A DNA stretch of 64,000 nucleotides from the human T2T-CHM13v2.0 reference genome, Homo sapiens: NCBI RefSeq assembly GCF_009914755.1, contig NC_060926.1; one strand, 5' to 3'. A program made the translations under genes and the position numbers. Under the pieces are notes generated by a model. The model was given only the letters and a program-made list of their open reading frames with translations. It had not been told where the DNA came from and did no database searches. How positions within the stretch are numbered: the first letter of the stretch is position 1; the number at the start of each line of letters is the position of its first letter. Positions 63,031 through 64,000 of this stretch are shown in pieces.

Positions 63031-64000
63031 AAAAACACTCATTTTCTTCTTGATATTTATCTTTATTTTCTATTTCTACTCCCTAATGCATTTGTCTGTT
63101 GTACTTCCTAATGCTCATGTCCTTAATGTCTCCTTGGATGATATGTGAAGCTAATAGTTTAATGGCTTAGAGAAGTGATTTTCAAGCTGTGAGCCATGGG
63201 AGCTCTGTGGAGGTTGGGGGTGGAGGTGGGGGCTTGGAGGGAAGGAAAGCCATGGGGCTCCAGTCCTTTCATTAACAAGTTTGCTTGTCTCCACATATGC
63301 CAATGATTTTGTTGAGAAAAATGTTTTCCTGGGCTTCATGGGCCATTTAAATTGTGAACCCCCAGGGACACAGTGCTTAGCCCAAGCCATCAGTGCTTGA
63401 AAATAGGCATTTCTGTCATCGAGATTCTGTATGTTGAGATATATTTTGAGATAGGCTTAAGGGTGAGGACATTTGGCTGGAGTCAGCAATAAGTTGCAAC
63501 CTCAGGGTCAATCCTGATTAGTGTACAATGCATAATACAGACAATCGATGAAAAGAGGTGCAACATGGGATGCATACGAGCAGGAGAAACTCAAGTATTT
63601 TGAGAATGTTCATTATGAGTTTCATAAATTTTTAAATTCGGAGTATGTATGCTTGCTTTCATTCCCAATCACCGTGCCATTTTACCCAAGGCCTGTTTGT
63701 TTCTTTTTTGGAGCTGTTCCCTCTTTTGGTAAATGGAACATCATTTCAGCCACCATGCCCATTTCCCGTATCCCAAATGAAAGAAGAGAAATTGAAAGTG
63801 ATCAGTCCTATTCTTGTGATAACTGGAAAAACGATGTCCCGAGTTTTAATAGGACAACAAAAAATCCTTGTTAACTTATTTTCCCTCAATGGCTTTAAAA
63901 ATATTTTCATGATGTCTTTTTCATTAATCAAGTTGTAGACATTCTGTGTACCCTTGGCCTTTCAAAAAAAGATGAACTTTTGTACTTGTGGAACATGTAA

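Overview
This is primate, very probably human, genomic DNA: AT-rich, CpG-depleted and dominated by interspersed repeats. I recognise no host protein-coding exon; essentially every recognisable ORF in the track is a repeat remnant. Main contents: (i) a full-length decayed L1PA7-like LINE-1 on the minus strand (12.2-18.8 kb); (ii) a complete two-LTR HERV-L provirus with MLT2A2 LTRs, ATCCC target-site duplication (TSD), tRNA-Leu primer-binding site, broken gag/pro/pol/dUTPase, no env, and a nested AluY (20.6-27.6 kb); (iii) a 5'-truncated L1PA4-like LINE that has removed the end of an AluJ (47.1-48.8 kb); (iv) a full-length L1PA6-like LINE inserted in the central linker of an AluS (55.5-61.7 kb); (v) solo LTRs (MER57, MER52, MST, MLT2, THE1, MLT1), about 15 Alus including a very young AluYi6-lineage copy, L2/MIR/L1M fossils, microsatellites and a tRNA-Lys(TTT) pseudogene. 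I find no evidence of a new multi-gene system. The unexplained signals are several local templated-copy events (a ~390-bp unique segment copied 3 kb upstream into an L2; a mosaic of a 39-bp segment next to a TSD-less L1; an L1 tail replaced by inverted copies of its own target site) and a 64-nt near-perfect hairpin in unique sequence. Repeat subfamily names come from remembered consensus sequences and need RepeatMasker/Dfam confirmation. Identity values are manual counts.
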